A stretch of DNA of 64,000 nucleotides from Gammaproteobacteria bacterium (GTDB lineage Bacteria; Pseudomonadota; Gammaproteobacteria; UBA5335; SLRW01). How positions within the stretch are numbered: position 1 is the first letter of the stretch; the number at the start of each line of letters is the position of its first letter. The DNA lies in contig DASQZM010000008.1 of NCBI GenBank assembly GCA_035638695.1, positions 252 to 64,251 on the forward strand, written 5' to 3'. Both the position numbers and the translations under genes were made by a program. Below the pieces are notes generated by a model that saw nothing but the letters and a program-made list of their open reading frames with translations, was not told where the DNA came from and searched no databases. This document shows, piece after piece, positions 39,354-47,946 of this stretch.

Positions 39354-39372
39354 CGCCGCGCGGGCGGGCTAG

Positions 39373-40011
39373 CTAGCGCGTTCCGAGTACCACGATGGTT
39401 TTCCCGGACACGCTGATCAGGCTCTGCTCTTCCAGGCTCTTGAGCACGCGCCCCGCCATCTCGCGGGAGCAGCCGACGATCCGCGCGAGCTCCTGGCGAC
39501 TGATGCGCAGCTGCATGCCGTCCGGGTGGGTCATCGCATCGGGCTGCTCGCACAGGTCCAGCAGCGCGCGGGCGATCCGGCCGGCGACATCGAGGAAGGC
39601 CAGGTCCTCGACCTTCCGGTTGGTGCGGCGCAGGCGCGCGGCCATCTGCGAGGCGAGCTCGAACAGCACGTCCGCATGCTCCATCGCCAGCTTGCGGAAG
39701 CGGTTGTAGGCGATCTCCGCCACGCGGCAGGGGGTGCGGGTGCGGACCCAGGCGCTGCGGGGCGTGTCGCCGCAGAACAGTCCCATTTCGCCGAAAAAAT
39801 CGCCGCGATTGAGGTAACTGAGCACGATCTCGTTGCCGTTGGCGTCCTCGATCAGCACCGCGACCGATCCCTCCACCATCAGATACAGCGTCTCCGGGCG
39901 CGTGCCGCCCTGGATGATCAGGTGGTGCTTGGGGTAGCTGCGGACGTGGCAATGGGCCAGGAGCCAGTCCAGGACCGGATTGCCCATGATCTTGGCTTCG
40001 GTGGCACTCAT
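39373..40011 (-). CDS. crp: cAMP receptor protein (Crp/Vfr)
   Basis: Near-collinear with remembered Vfr/CRP sequence: LDWLLAHCHVRSYPK, GDFFGEMGLF, RQELARIVGCSREMAGRVLKSLEEQ. ATG 40086 is an alternative start. Confidence 0.9.
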   Translation of the reverse strand: MSATEAKIMGNPVLDWLLAHCHVRSYPKHHLIIQGGTRPETLYLMVEGSVAVLIEDANGNEIVLSYLNRGDFFGEMGLFCGDTPRSAWVRTRTPCRVAEIAYNRFRKLAMEHADVLFELASQMAARLRRTNRKVEDLAFLDVAGRIARALLDLCEQPDAMTHPDGMQLRISRQELARIVGCSREMAGRVLKSLEEQSLISVSGKTIVVLGTR

Positions 40012-40152
40012 CGTGGGCTTGCTTTCGGTGGCCGCGACATGATGGACAGGATTCTTTGAATCCGGAGCAGCTTCCAGAGTATACATGACCGCTCGCTGAG
40101 CCTACGTTAGTCAGCGGCTGTTACATTTTCACCCTTTTACGGGGGCGAGCTG

Positions 40153-40578
40153 ATGAAGGCGCGTATCAAGCTGATAGAAGGCGTGACATTCGCCGCCGAA
40201 TCGGACAGCGGGCACGCCATTGTGATCGACGGCTCGCCGCAACACGGCGGCCGTAACCTGGGACCGCGGCCGATGGAAATGCTGCTGCTGGGAATGGGCG
40301 GATGCACCGCCTTCGATGTGGTCAACATCCTGCGCAAGGCGCGTCAGCCGGTGGCGGACTGCGAGGCCCTGCTGAGCGCCGAGCGGGCCGATACCGAACC
40401 ACGCGTGTTCACGCGCATTCACGTGCATTTTATCGTCACCGGTGCCGGGCTTAGGGAGCACCACGTACGGCGTGCCGTGGACCTGTCGGCCGAGAAGTAC
40501 TGCTCGGCCTCGATCATGCTTGGCAAGACCGCGCAGATCACCCACGATTTCGAGATTCGCGCGCCCGCACGCGCCTGA
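40153..40578 (+). CDS. OsmC family peroxiredoxin-like protein
   Basis: RPMEMLLLGMGGCTAFDV and EKYCSAS motifs. Confidence 0.9.
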   Translation: MKARIKLIEGVTFAAESDSGHAIVIDGSPQHGGRNLGPRPMEMLLLGMGGCTAFDVVNILRKARQPVADCEALLSAERADTEPRVFTRIHVHFIVTGAGLREHHVRRAVDLSAEKYCSASIMLGKTAQITHDFEIRAPARA

Positions 40579-40609
40579 GCCCGGGCGTCACGCCCGCGCC
40601 CTGCGGGGC

Positions 40610-40636
40610 GTGGCATTCCCTCTGACCGGGTTAGTA
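40610..40636 (+). repeat. solo terminus (copy C) of the MITE-like repeat family
   Basis: GTGGCATTCCCTCTGACCGGGTTAGTA. Only ~30 nt separate it from the osmC-family stop, so no full element fits. Confidence 0.55.
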
Positions 40637-40811
40637 AAATGGCCGATCCGCGTCCGCGCGCCGACCCGGCCTTCCGGCCGCGACCGAAGGGAGGCGACGG
40701 GAGCCGGAGATGCGTTTCCCGCGGGGGCAAATTGGTGGATAATGCGCGCCTCGCAGGCGCGGTGCGGACGGGTATTCGGGGGCGCGGCACGACCGACGTG
40801 GAGGTATCGAG

Positions 40812-41621
40812 TTGGTAAAACCACTGCAAAAACTGCAGCTGCATGGTTTTAACAACCTGACGAAGACGCTCAGCTTCAATATCTACGATATCTGCTATGC
40901 GGTTTCGGAGGAGCTCAGTCGCGAGTACATCGACTATATCGACGAGGTGTACAACGCGGAGCGCCTGACCCAGATCCTCTCCGACGTCTCGAACATCATC
41001 GGGGCGAACGTGCTGAACGTGGCCCGACAGGACTACGAGCCACAGGGCGCGAGCGTGACCATGCTGATCTCCGAGGAGCCGGTCCGGCGCGAGGAGTATT
41101 CCAACTCCGAATCGCCCGGGCCGCTGCCCGAGGCGGTGCTTGCGCATCTGGACAAGAGCCACATCGCGGTCCACACCTACCCGGAGAGTCATCCGCAGAA
41201 CGGTGTCGCCACTTTCCGTGCCGACATCGACGTCTCGACCTGCGGGCTGATCTCGCCGCTGAAGGCATTGAACTACCTGATCCACAGCTTCGATTCGGAC
41301 ATCGTCACGATCGATTACCGGGTCCGTGGCTTCACCCGCGACGTGCGCGGCAAAAAGCACTTCATCGATCACAAGATCAACTCGATCCAGAATTTCATGT
41401 CCCGCGACACGCGCGAGCGCTACCAGATGCTGGACGTGAACGTCTACCAGGAGAACATCTTCCACACCAAGATGCTGCTGAAGGAGTTCGACCTCGACAA
41501 CTACCTGTTCGGGATCAACGCAGGGGACCTGTCGGGCAAGGAGCAGGAACGCATCCGCAGACAGCTCCGGCACGAGATGCTGGAGATGTTCTACGGGCGC
41601 AACGTCCGCCGTATGTACTGA
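40812..41621 (+). CDS. speD: S-adenosylmethionine decarboxylase proenzyme (E. coli type)
   Basis: [23 protein letters not shown] and the ES cleavage-region context. TTG start. Confidence 0.9.
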   Translation: MVKPLQKLQLHGFNNLTKTLSFNIYDICYAVSEELSREYIDYIDEVYNAERLTQILSDVSNIIGANVLNVARQDYEPQGASVTMLISEEPVRREEYSNSESPGPLPEAVLAHLDKSHIAVHTYPESHPQNGVATFRADIDVSTCGLISPLKALNYLIHSFDSDIVTIDYRVRGFTRDVRGKKHFIDHKINSIQNFMSRDTRERYQMLDVNVYQENIFHTKMLLKEFDLDNYLFGINAGDLSGKEQERIRRQLRHEMLEMFYGRNVRRMY

Positions 41622-41663
41622 CCACGGCGGGAACGACCGCCCCCGATTCCATCCCGGAGCCGG

Positions 41664-42335
41664 TCAGAGGTGGTACGTGCTCGTGGTCATCAGCTTCGAC
41701 AGCCGCCGCATCAGCCAGCGCACGGGCGCGGGGAGTTCGCGGCCGCCGGCCCGGCGCGCCGTTTCGCCGTGGTGGGCCTCGTCATACTTCATCCGGTCGA
41801 GAATCGCGCGGCTGCGCAGGTCCTCGGGCGGCAGGCGGTCGAGGTGATTGTCGATGTGGCGGATCACCTGGTTCTCGGTTTCGGCGACGAAGCCGAGGCT
41901 CCAGCGGTCGCCGAACACGCCGGCCAGCGCCCCGATGCCGAGAGATCCGGAATACACCAGCGGCGCCAGCAGGCTCGGGCCCGCGCCCAGGTCCTCGAGC
42001 CGGCGTCCGCACCAGGCCAGGTGCTGGTGCTCATCGCGTGCCGACTGGCGCAGCGCCTCGCGGATCTGCGCGTCGCGCCCGAACCACGACTGCGACTGGT
42101 ACAGGGCCTGCGCGCTGATCTCGCCGGCGTGGTTCACGCGCATCAGGCGCGCCGATTCGCGGCGCCCGGCCGGGCCCAGCTCGGTTTCGGGGATGCCGTC
42201 GTCCGGGTGGGGTGAGCCCGCATCCACGGGGTTGCAGAACACCGTGCGCAGGGCCTGGTCCATTTCCATCAGGATGCGGTCGCTGAGGCGGTAACGCCGG
42301 CCGGGGCTTTCGCTGGTCGTGCGAGTAGCGTACAT
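41664..42335 (-). CDS. coq7: demethoxyubiquinone hydroxylase (di-iron Coq7)
   Basis: LMRVNHAGEISAQALYQSQ, DEHQHL and DEAHH motifs. Confidence 0.9.
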   Translation of the reverse strand: MYATRTTSESPGRRYRLSDRILMEMDQALRTVFCNPVDAGSPHPDDGIPETELGPAGRRESARLMRVNHAGEISAQALYQSQSWFGRDAQIREALRQSARDEHQHLAWCGRRLEDLGAGPSLLAPLVYSGSLGIGALAGVFGDRWSLGFVAETENQVIRHIDNHLDRLPPEDLRSRAILDRMKYDEAHHGETARRAGGRELPAPVRWLMRRLSKLMTTSTYHL

Positions 42336-42411
42336 GCCGTCGGGATTCCCCGTGCGGTGACTTGGCGACGGCTCACGTTAGGCAATCCGCAGGGTTCTGG
42401 CAAGCCCCGCT

Positions 42412-42440
42412 CTGGTAACCGTGTATAGTATTTGTATAAT
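42412..42440 (+). promoter_or_regulatory. candidate sigma70 promoter reading into repeat E and the DUF481 gene
   Basis: Perfect TATAAT at 42435-42440 in an otherwise GC-rich region. Weak -35 CTGGTA 17 nt upstream. Confidence 0.35.
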
Positions 42441-42473
42441 CTCTTCCCGGCGCGCGGCGGGCCCGGCCGTGCG

Positions 42474-42741
42474 CACTGGTCCGGTCGGAGGTATTGTTAC
42501 CTCTCACAGGGCGCGTACGCGGTGAGGGCAAGGCGCGGGAGCGAAGGCGCAGCCTTGCCCCGTCGAGTGCGCGCAACGCCGCGATCGCCGTTCACGTACC
42601 GGAACTTCGGGTGTTTCCGTCGCCCCGTCGGGATGGCGTTGCCCGCCGGCCGTGTAGGGTCACGACAGGCCACGCCTCGCGCCTTGCCAGACAGACCGAC
42701 AGGAGCGCTCAGAAGTGGCATTCCCACAGACCGGGCGGGTG
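42474..42741 (+). repeat. copy E (~268 bp) of the MITE-like repeat family, both termini eroded
   Basis: Shares GCGGTGAGG..GGGAGCGAAGGCG, GCGCGCAACGC..ATCGCCG.TCACG, TCGCCCCGTC.GGA and CTCGCGCCTTGCCAGACAGACCGACAGGAGCGCT with copy D, in the same order. Confidence 0.6.
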
Positions 42742-42775
42742 CCAATCCGACAGCAACGACCGAAAGGGGGGGGGC

Positions 42776-43525
42776 GTGAGAGTTTTCGCCGCCATGGCCA
42801 TCGTGGCCTGCTGCGTGGGGCCGGCAACCGGTGTCGCCGCGCCGATCGTCCTCGCCAATCACGGGGTCAAGGCGCCCAAGGGAGTCAAGGGGAAAGTTCG
42901 GCTCGGCTACCTTGCGACCAGCGGTAATACCCAAACCCGCAACCTCCATGCGGACTTCCATGTTGCATTCATGCTGCGCCAGTGGATCTATTCCTTTTCC
43001 GCCACCGCGTACAACAGCATGGAGAGTGGACAGACCACGGCCGAGCGCTATACCTCGAGCTTCAAGACCGACTACGACTTCACGCCGCACAACTACGTGT
43101 TCGCCTCGGCGAAGTTCGACAGGGACCGGTTCAGCGGTTATGAGCGGCGCACCTCGGAGACGGCGGGTTACGGGCGGCGCCTGATCTCCAATGGTCCGGT
43201 GCGGCTGGACGCCGAGGTCGGCGTGGGCGCCCGGCAGACGAAGGTAGCCGATGCGTTGCCGGCGCGCAACCGCAACGAGGCCATCCTGCATACCGTGGGC
43301 AAGCTCGAGTGGGATATCTCGGACACCAGCCGGTTGCTGCAGAGCCTGGAAGTCCAAAGCGGCCGTTCGGATACCTTCGTCGAATCCGTCACCTCGCTGA
43401 AAAACAACATCCGGGGCAACCTCTACTGGCGCCTGTCGTATGATGTGAGGCACAACTCCAGCGTGCCGCCGGGGATCAAGAAGACCGATACCCAGACCTC
43501 GATTTCGCTCGAGTACGATTTCTGA
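42776..43525 (+). CDS. DUF481 family outer-membrane beta-barrel protein
   Basis: GKVRLGYLATSGNTQT...RLSYDVRHNSSVPPGIKKTDTQTSISLEYDF (C-terminal F). GTG start is inferred. Confidence 0.8.
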   Translation: MRVFAAMAIVACCVGPATGVAAPIVLANHGVKAPKGVKGKVRLGYLATSGNTQTRNLHADFHVAFMLRQWIYSFSATAYNSMESGQTTAERYTSSFKTDYDFTPHNYVFASAKFDRDRFSGYERRTSETAGYGRRLISNGPVRLDAEVGVGARQTKVADALPARNRNEAILHTVGKLEWDISDTSRLLQSLEVQSGRSDTFVESVTSLKNNIRGNLYWRLSYDVRHNSSVPPGIKKTDTQTSISLEYDF

Positions 43526-43683
43526 GGTCCGTCGCCGGCGGCGCGTGACCGAAGGGACGCGGCACAGGCCGGTCGCCACCGGAGGCACATCTTCTTGTGC
43601 CCTTGTACACCGACCTGCCTGACGCCGGGGTACGCGAGCGCCCGCTGCGATGGGACCTTCGCGAGCGCGCCCGCTTGCACGGC

Positions 43684-43712
43684 TTGTCAGGGCGCCGGCG
43701 GTCTTGTACTAT
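43684..43712 (+). promoter_or_regulatory. candidate sigma70 promoter of rplM-rpsI
   Basis: TTGTCA-N17-TACTAT, 46 nt upstream of the rplM ATG. Confidence 0.45.
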
Positions 43713-43757
43713 AGCGCGCCTTTCCACCGGCTTTTACCGTCTGGAGCCAGAATTCGA

Positions 43758-44186
43758 ATGAAGACGTTTTCCGCCAAACCGGAGACCGTGACCCGGGACT
43801 GGTACGTCGTCGATGCCGAGGGCAAGACGCTCGGAAGGCTGGCGACTGAGGTCGCCCGGCGCCTGCGCGGCAAGCACAAGCCCGAGTACACGCCGCACGT
43901 GGACACCGGCGACTACATCGTGGTGGTCAACGCCGAGAAGATCCGGGTCACGGGCCGCAAGCGCCGCGACAAGATGTACTACCGGTTCACGGGCTACGTC
44001 GGCAACATGAAGTCGATCAGCCTGGAGGATCAGCTCGCGAAGGCGCCGGAGCGGGTCATCCAGCATGCGGTGAAGGGCATGCTGCCGAAGAATCCGCTGG
44101 GCCGGGCGATGTTCCGCAAGCTGAAGGTCTACCGGGGCCCCGAGCACCGGCACGCGGCGCAGCAGCCCAGGCCGCTGGAGATCTGA
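43758..44186 (+). CDS. rplM: 50S ribosomal protein L13
   Basis: [29 protein letters not shown]. Confidence 0.97.
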   Translation: MKTFSAKPETVTRDWYVVDAEGKTLGRLATEVARRLRGKHKPEYTPHVDTGDYIVVVNAEKIRVTGRKRRDKMYYRFTGYVGNMKSISLEDQLAKAPERVIQHAVKGMLPKNPLGRAMFRKLKVYRGPEHRHAAQQPRPLEI

Positions 44187-44226
44187 GCGGCACGCTTTCG
44201 CGATCACCCAATCGGAACAGTCTCAG

Positions 44227-44619
44227 ATGGCACAGACACAGAATTACGGCACCGGTCGTCGCAAGCGCTCCACGGCGCGCGTTTTCCTCTCCTCGGGCAG
44301 CGGCAATATCGTCGTCAACGGTCGTTCCGTGGACGAGTACTTCGGCCGCGAAACAGCGCGCATGATCGTGCGACAGCCGCTGGAAGTGGTGGAAATGGCC
44401 GACAACTTCGACATCCGGATCAGTGTTTCCGGGGGCGGCGGCAGCGGCCAGGCCGGCGCCATCCGTCACGGCATCACCCGCGCCCTGATCGACTACGACG
44501 AGGCGTTTCGCCAGCCCCTGCGCAAGGCCGGTTACGTCACCCGCGACGACCGCCAGGTCGAACGCAAGAAGGTGGGCCTGCACAAGGCGCGGCGCGCGCC
44601 CCAGTTCTCCAAGCGCTGA
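44227..44619 (+). CDS. rpsI: 30S ribosomal protein S9
   Basis: [15 protein letters not shown]...[14 protein letters not shown]. Confidence 0.97.
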   Translation: MAQTQNYGTGRRKRSTARVFLSSGSGNIVVNGRSVDEYFGRETARMIVRQPLEVVEMADNFDIRISVSGGGGSGQAGAIRHGITRALIDYDEAFRQPLRKAGYVTRDDRQVERKKVGLHKARRAPQFSKR

Positions 44620-44636
44620 GCGACGCCCGCTTCCCT

Positions 44637-44710
44637 TGGGGGATCGTCTAGCGGTAGGACAGCGGACTCTGACTCCGCTAACCCAGGTTCGAATCCTGGT
44701 CCCCCAGCCA
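44637..44710 (+). tRNA. tRNA-Gln (anticodon CTG), CCA encoded
   Basis: Acceptor TGGGGGA/TCCCCCA, anticodon arm GCGGA-CTCTGAC-TCCGC, T arm CCAGG-TTCGAAT-CCTGG, 3' GCCA. Folded by eye. Confidence 0.9.
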
Positions 44711-44717
44711 AGCAAGA

Positions 44718-44744
44718 CCCCGCCTCCCGAGGCGGGGTTTTTTT
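44718..44744 (+). terminator. rho-independent terminator
   Basis: CCCCGCC-TCCCGA-GGCGGGG followed by TTTTTTT. Confidence 0.8.
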
Positions 44745-44823
44745 GTGGATCCCTTGGCGGGCGCCGCGGTCGGATCGGGTGACGCGGCCCCGACCGGGGT
44801 GCCGACGGAGACGGAGACCGGCG

Positions 44824-47160
44824 ATGAGCGATGCGGTCACGCAGAGATTCGGAGCCGCCCAGGGCTGGACGGCAGACGCCGAGACCACGGCACTGGTGTC
44901 GGGGCGCGCCCGCTACAGCGGCGACGCGGTTGTCGAGGGGCAGGTGCACGCCGCCTTCCTGCGCTCGACGGTCGCCAGCGCCCGGCTGCGCGGGCTCGAC
45001 ACAAGCGCCGCGGTGGACGCGCCGGGTGTCCTGGCGGTGCTGACCGGAAGGGAGGTCCGGGCGGCCGGGCTGGGTGAGCTGCGACCCATGGCGAGTCTGC
45101 CGGGCAGCGACGGCACGCCCATGGCATCGACGCCGCAACCGCTGCTGGCGGCGGATACGATCCGCTACGTGGGCGAGCCTCTGGCGATGGTTGTCGCGAC
45201 CTCGCCGGCCGCGGCAGCCGACGCCCTGGCCCTGCTGGAACCGGAAATCGCCACGTCGCCCGCGGTCGCCACGATCGAGGCGGCGCTGGCCGAGGGTGCG
45301 CCCCGGGTCTGGCCGGAGGTGGCCGGCAACATCGGGCTGCGGTGGCGGGCCGGGGACCCGGAAGCGGTCGATCGCGCCTTCGGCCGGGCCCGCCATGTGA
45401 CCCGCGTGCGCCTGGCCAATCCGCGGCTGGTCGGCAACCCGATGGAGCCGCGCTCGGCACTGGCCTGGTACGAGGCGGACCCGGGACGCTATACCCTGGT
45501 GACCCCCTCCCAGGGCGTCAACGCCCTGCGCCTGGGCCTGGCCGACATGCTGGACCAGGACCCGGCGGCGGTCCGGGTGCTGACCCCCCGGGTCGGGGGC
45601 GGGTTCGGGCTGCGCACGCCGCTTTACCCGGAGCAGGTGCTAGTGGCGTGGGCGGCGCGCCGCCTGGATCGCGCGGTGAAGTGGCAGGGAAGCCGTTCGG
45701 ACTGCTTTCTTGCCGACCAGCACGGGCGCGACTCGACCCTGCACGGAGAGCTGGCACTGGACGGGGAGGGCCGCTTCCTGGCCCTGCGCGCGGCCATCGA
45801 CGCCAATATGGGCGCCTATTTCAGCAGCAGCGGCGTGGTGGTGCCCACGCGCAATTTCGCGGGCGGCCTGACCTCGGTCTACCGCACCGGCGCGATCGCG
45901 CTCGAGGCACGCTGCGTGTTCACCCATAGCGTGCCCACCGGACCGTATCGCGGCGCCGGGCGGCCGGAAGCGGCCTACCTGGTGGAAAGGCTGGTGGATA
46001 AAGCCGCCCGGGAGACCGGGACCGATCCGGTCGAGCTGCGCCGGCGCAACCTGATCGGCGCCGCCGAAATGCCCTGGCGCACGCCGATGGACCAGCTCTA
46101 CGACAGCGGCGAGTTCGAGGCCCTGATGGATGCGGCGCTGGAGCGGGCGGACTGGCACGGCTTCGAGCGCAGGCGCAGTGCCGCGGCCGCGCACGGTCGC
46201 CTGCGGGGGCGGGGCCTGGCCTGCTTCCTGGAGACCGCCGGCGGGCTGCTGCACGAGTCCGCGGCCGTGCGTTTCACGGAGGACGATCGCATCGAGCTGC
46301 GTACGGCGGCGCAGTCCAACGGCCAGGGGCACCTGGCTTCGCTGGCGTATGCCGTGGCCGAGCGCTTCCAGATCCCGCCGGACGTCGTACGCGTGGTCCA
46401 GGGGGACAGCGAGCTGGCGCCGGCGGGCTTCGTCTCGGTGGCATCCCGCTCGATGATGATGGCCGGGTCCGCCGCGGCGGCGGCCGCGGACGCGTCGCTG
46501 GACAAGGCGCGGGCGCTGGCCTCGCACCTGCTGGAGGTGGCCGCGGCGGACCTGGAGTACGCCGGGGGCGAGTTCCGGGTGGCCGGGACCGACCGCCGCA
46601 TCGGTCTGTTCGACCTGGCCCGGCGGGCGGGCGGGGATAATCTGCCGCCCGCGGCGCCGCGCGAGCTGGACGCGGACGGGAGCTTCCGTTCGCCGGAACA
46701 GAGCTTTCCCAACGGCTGCCACGTCTGCGAGGTCGAGATCGATCCCGAGACCGGCCGCGTCGAGGTGGTGGCGTACACGGCGGTGGACGACTGCGGTCGC
46801 GTGATCAACCCGGATGTCGTGCACGGTCAGATCCACGGCGGCATCGCCCAGGGGCTGGGCCAGGTACTGGGCGAGCAGGGCGTCTACGATGCCTCCGGCC
46901 AGCTGCTCACGGGCAGCTTCATGGACTACCCGGTGCCGCGCGCGGATGACCTGCCGGCGCTGGACGTCACCCTGCGGCCCGTGCCGTGTCGGAGCAATCC
47001 GCTGGGCGTCAAGGGCGTGGGGGAGGCCGGGACCGTGGGCGCGCTGCCCGCCGGCATGAACGCGATCCTGGACGCGCTGCGGCGTGCGGGCGTCGCGCAC
47101 CTGGATATGCCCGCGACGCCGGCGCGCGTATGGCGCGCGCTGCAGGAGGCCGGACGCTAG
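44824..47160 (+). CDS. xanthine dehydrogenase/CoxL-family molybdopterin-binding large subunit (form II-like, PYRGAGR)
   Basis: 778 aa. GPYRGAGRPEA, GEAGTVGA and related family motifs. Start taken at MSDAVTQRFG. Confidence 0.85.
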   Translation: MSDAVTQRFGAAQGWTADAETTALVSGRARYSGDAVVEGQVHAAFLRSTVASARLRGLDTSAAVDAPGVLAVLTGREVRAAGLGELRPMASLPGSDGTPMASTPQPLLAADTIRYVGEPLAMVVATSPAAAADALALLEPEIATSPAVATIEAALAEGAPRVWPEVAGNIGLRWRAGDPEAVDRAFGRARHVTRVRLANPRLVGNPMEPRSALAWYEADPGRYTLVTPSQGVNALRLGLADMLDQDPAAVRVLTPRVGGGFGLRTPLYPEQVLVAWAARRLDRAVKWQGSRSDCFLADQHGRDSTLHGELALDGEGRFLALRAAIDANMGAYFSSSGVVVPTRNFAGGLTSVYRTGAIALEARCVFTHSVPTGPYRGAGRPEAAYLVERLVDKAARETGTDPVELRRRNLIGAAEMPWRTPMDQLYDSGEFEALMDAALERADWHGFERRRSAAAAHGRLRGRGLACFLETAGGLLHESAAVRFTEDDRIELRTAAQSNGQGHLASLAYAVAERFQIPPDVVRVVQGDSELAPAGFVSVASRSMMMAGSAAAAAADASLDKARALASHLLEVAAADLEYAGGEFRVAGTDRRIGLFDLARRAGGDNLPPAAPRELDADGSFRSPEQSFPNGCHVCEVEIDPETGRVEVVAYTAVDDCGRVINPDVVHGQIHGGIAQGLGQVLGEQGVYDASGQLLTGSFMDYPVPRADDLPALDVTLRPVPCRSNPLGVKGVGEAGTVGALPAGMNAILDALRRAGVAHLDMPATPARVWRALQEAGR

Positions 47161-47161
47161 C

Positions 47162-47818
47162 CTAGCGGAGCGTCTGTACCCCGCCCTGGCCGGCGAGCAG
47201 CAGCACGTCGGCAGGACGCAGCGCGAAGATGCCGACCGTCACGATGCCGGGGATGTCGTTGAGCCGCTGCTCCAGGCCCGCCGGCGCGCTGATCTCGAGG
47301 TCGTGCACGTCGAGGATCGCGTTGCCGTTGTCCGTGCGGTAGCCCTCGCGCAGGGTTGCCCGGCCCCCGAAGCGCACCAGCTCGCGCGCCACGAAGCTGC
47401 GCGCCATCGGGATCACCTCGACGGGCAGAGGAAAGCGTCCTAGCACTTCCACCAGCTTGGATTCATCCGCGATGCAGACGAAGCGCTCGCTGGCACCGGC
47501 GATGACCTTCTCGCGCGTGAGCGCTCCACCGCCGCCCTTGACCAGGTGCAGCTGACGGGTGGCTTCGTCCGCGCCATCGACGTAAACGGGCGGCGTGCCG
47601 GCCTCGTTCAGCTCGACCACCGGGATTCCGGCCGCCTCCAGCAACCGGGTCGTCTGGTCCGAGCTGGACACGGCGCCGCGCAGGCGGTCGCGCCGCCCCG
47701 CCAGCAGGTCGATGAAATGGCGCACCGTCGAGCCGGTGCCGACCCCGATGACCGCGCCTTCCGGCACGTATTCCAGGGCAGCCTCGGCTGCCGCCCGCTT
47801 GAGCTCGTCGCTGGTCAC
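47162..47818 (-). CDS. rpiA: ribose-5-phosphate isomerase A
   Basis: [30 protein letters not shown] and [17 protein letters not shown] start gives the usual ~219 aa. Confidence 0.9.
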   Translation of the reverse strand: MTSDELKRAAAEAALEYVPEGAVIGVGTGSTVRHFIDLLAGRRDRLRGAVSSSDQTTRLLEAAGIPVVELNEAGTPPVYVDGADEATRQLHLVKGGGGALTREKVIAGASERFVCIADESKLVEVLGRFPLPVEVIPMARSFVARELVRFGGRATLREGYRTDNGNAILDVHDLEISAPAGLEQRLNDIPGIVTVGIFALRPADVLLLAGQGGVQTLR

Positions 47819-47946
47819 CGGTCGCTCCCGGAGATGGCCCGGCGGCCGCCGGGCAGGCATGAACCTGCCGGGATTATATCGGCTGGCCAGCGTCCCGTCA
47901 GGGTGCTGCTTCCCAATTTTCAGCAATGTTGCTAAGTTTGGCGCCC

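Noticed and set aside
44711-47170. Integrated genomic island at tRNA-Gln.
   Set aside because: There is no integrase. I saw no direct repeat of the tRNA 3' end downstream, and only one metabolic gene lies before the conserved rpiA. It is kept only as an orphan-gene observation.
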